A DNA stretch of 29,608 nt from Salpingoeca rosetta (Eukaryota > Protista > Choanoflagellata): positions 1,821,481 through 1,851,088 of the forward strand of contig JAWQFM010000002.1 in assembly GCA_033442325.1 (NCBI GenBank), written 5' to 3'. Both the position numbers and the translations under genes were made by a program. The stretch's first letter is position 1; each line of letters starts with the position of its first letter. Positions 28,403 to 29,608 of this stretch are shown here, in pieces. A model generated the notes under the pieces. The model had not been told where the DNA came from and did not search any database. It worked only from the letters and a program-made list of their open reading frames with translations.

Positions 28403-28873
28403 GCAACAGCAACAACAACAACAACAACAGCAACAACAACAGCAACAGCAGCAACAACAACAACAACAACAACAACAGCAACAGCAGCAGCAGCAAGGGC
28501 GCACAACGCACAGGTTGGGTTGAGATATGTTGCTCTGCTGGGAGGTGGCTCGCTGGTGCCATCAAGGCGGTGCACCTGTGTTTTCTTCAAGTGCACAATC
28601 ACCAGCGCCACAATGATGACAATCAGCACAACAGCGCCAGCCGCCACACCAACAATGATTGGCAGCGGGTCTGCTTCCGAGCCAGACTTTGAGGCGTCGA
28701 GAGTCGTGCTCTCAGCGGCTGTGGAGGCTGCACCGGCTGATGTAGTGCTTGTGCCTGTTGCTGTTGTCGTAGTTGTTGTTGTAGTTGTTGTCGTCGTCAT
28801 CGTAGTTGTAGTAGTAGTTGTTGTTGTCGTCGTCGTAGTTGTAGTTGTAGTGGCGGAAGTTGTTGTAGTCGTT

Positions 28874-28905
<32 letters not shown>

Positions 28906-29608
28906 TGTAGTCGTGGTAGTCGTTGTAGTCGGTGTGGTGGTGGTACTTTCTGGAGCAGATGTTGTTATTGTCGTGGTAGATGGCGGAATGACACAGAGAT
29001 TGGCGAAACAGAACCCTGTCCTCCCGTCTTGCGTGCACTCAACGTAGTTTGGGGCGCCCGTGCATGTGGACTTCATCGTCCCACGACACACACCGTTCAG
29101 ACACATGTCGTTGTCCGTGCCATCATCCTCATCGTCACTACGCCGCGCACGAGCATGCAACCGCATAGTGTGAGATGCGCGGGTGACGCATGAAGATACA
29201 AGGGGACGAGCGGCGACAAACACAAAACAGAGTAAAGTGCCAAAACGAGGGACAACCACACACGCGCACATCCGTTCGCACACCTGTTTGCACACGTTCA
29301 CATACTTGCATGCACACACACACACACGCACACACAAACACACGCGCACACACGCACACACACACACACACAAGCATGCACCAACATAAAAAAAAAAAAA
29401 AAAAAACACATTCACCAGCTTACACAGACACAAACACATGCACCATGCAGCTACATACGCACCATGCCATGCCATCAAAGTGCTGCGGGTCTTTCAAAGC
29501 AGACGCCAGAGACGCAGTAGGAGTCCGCACATTGGGAGTCCTCGCAAACAACGCCCATGCACTTTGTCCTGGGCCCTGCAACATCCCAAGCAATGGCACT
29601 GGGTCCGT
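27939..29608 (-). CDS. 3' part of a single-pass membrane protein: Cys-rich repeats, Thr mucin stalk, TM helix, Tyr-motif tail (5' end outside window)
   Basis: KCMGVVC..C..SYC..GVC / DGMACDDEDDGTDNDMCLNGVCRG; poly-Thr; TM IIVGVAAGAVVLIVIIVALVIVHLKK. Intron 28085-28511 joins YLNPT to YDHAVHHVYEEP...EYYASV...EYDEVEA*. Confidence 0.85.
28321..28496. repeat. Intronic (CAA/CAG)n repeat
   Basis: Visible run just inside the donor end of intron 28085-28511. Confidence 0.9.

Overview
Compact, intron-rich eukaryotic DNA with high-GC exons, (CA)n/(GT)n-filled introns and two N gaps. The style resembles a choanoflagellate such as Salpingoeca rosetta; this is an inference, not a database match. Seven protein-coding loci are supportable. 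(1) An intronless F-box-like/LRR gene (-), whose internal coding minisatellite is broken by a 523-bp compositionally foreign, non-coding insert flanked by a 21-bp direct repeat. (2) A cytosolic HSP70 (-) ending in DEVD. (3) A MAO-type flavin amine oxidase (-) apparently missing a central block. (4) An intronless TIR-like + armadillo-repeat protein (+). (5) A ULK4/RUNKEL pseudokinase (-), head-to-head with (6) the ZCCHC4 rRNA m6A methyltransferase (+). (7) The 3' part of a Cys-rich/mucin single-pass receptor with an NPxY/phosphotyrosine tail (-). The most notable items are the foreign insert at 3174-3696 and the TIR-ARM protein, a candidate SARM1-analogous NADase/immune switch. No tRNA, rRNA, CRISPR array or recognisable transposase was seen.
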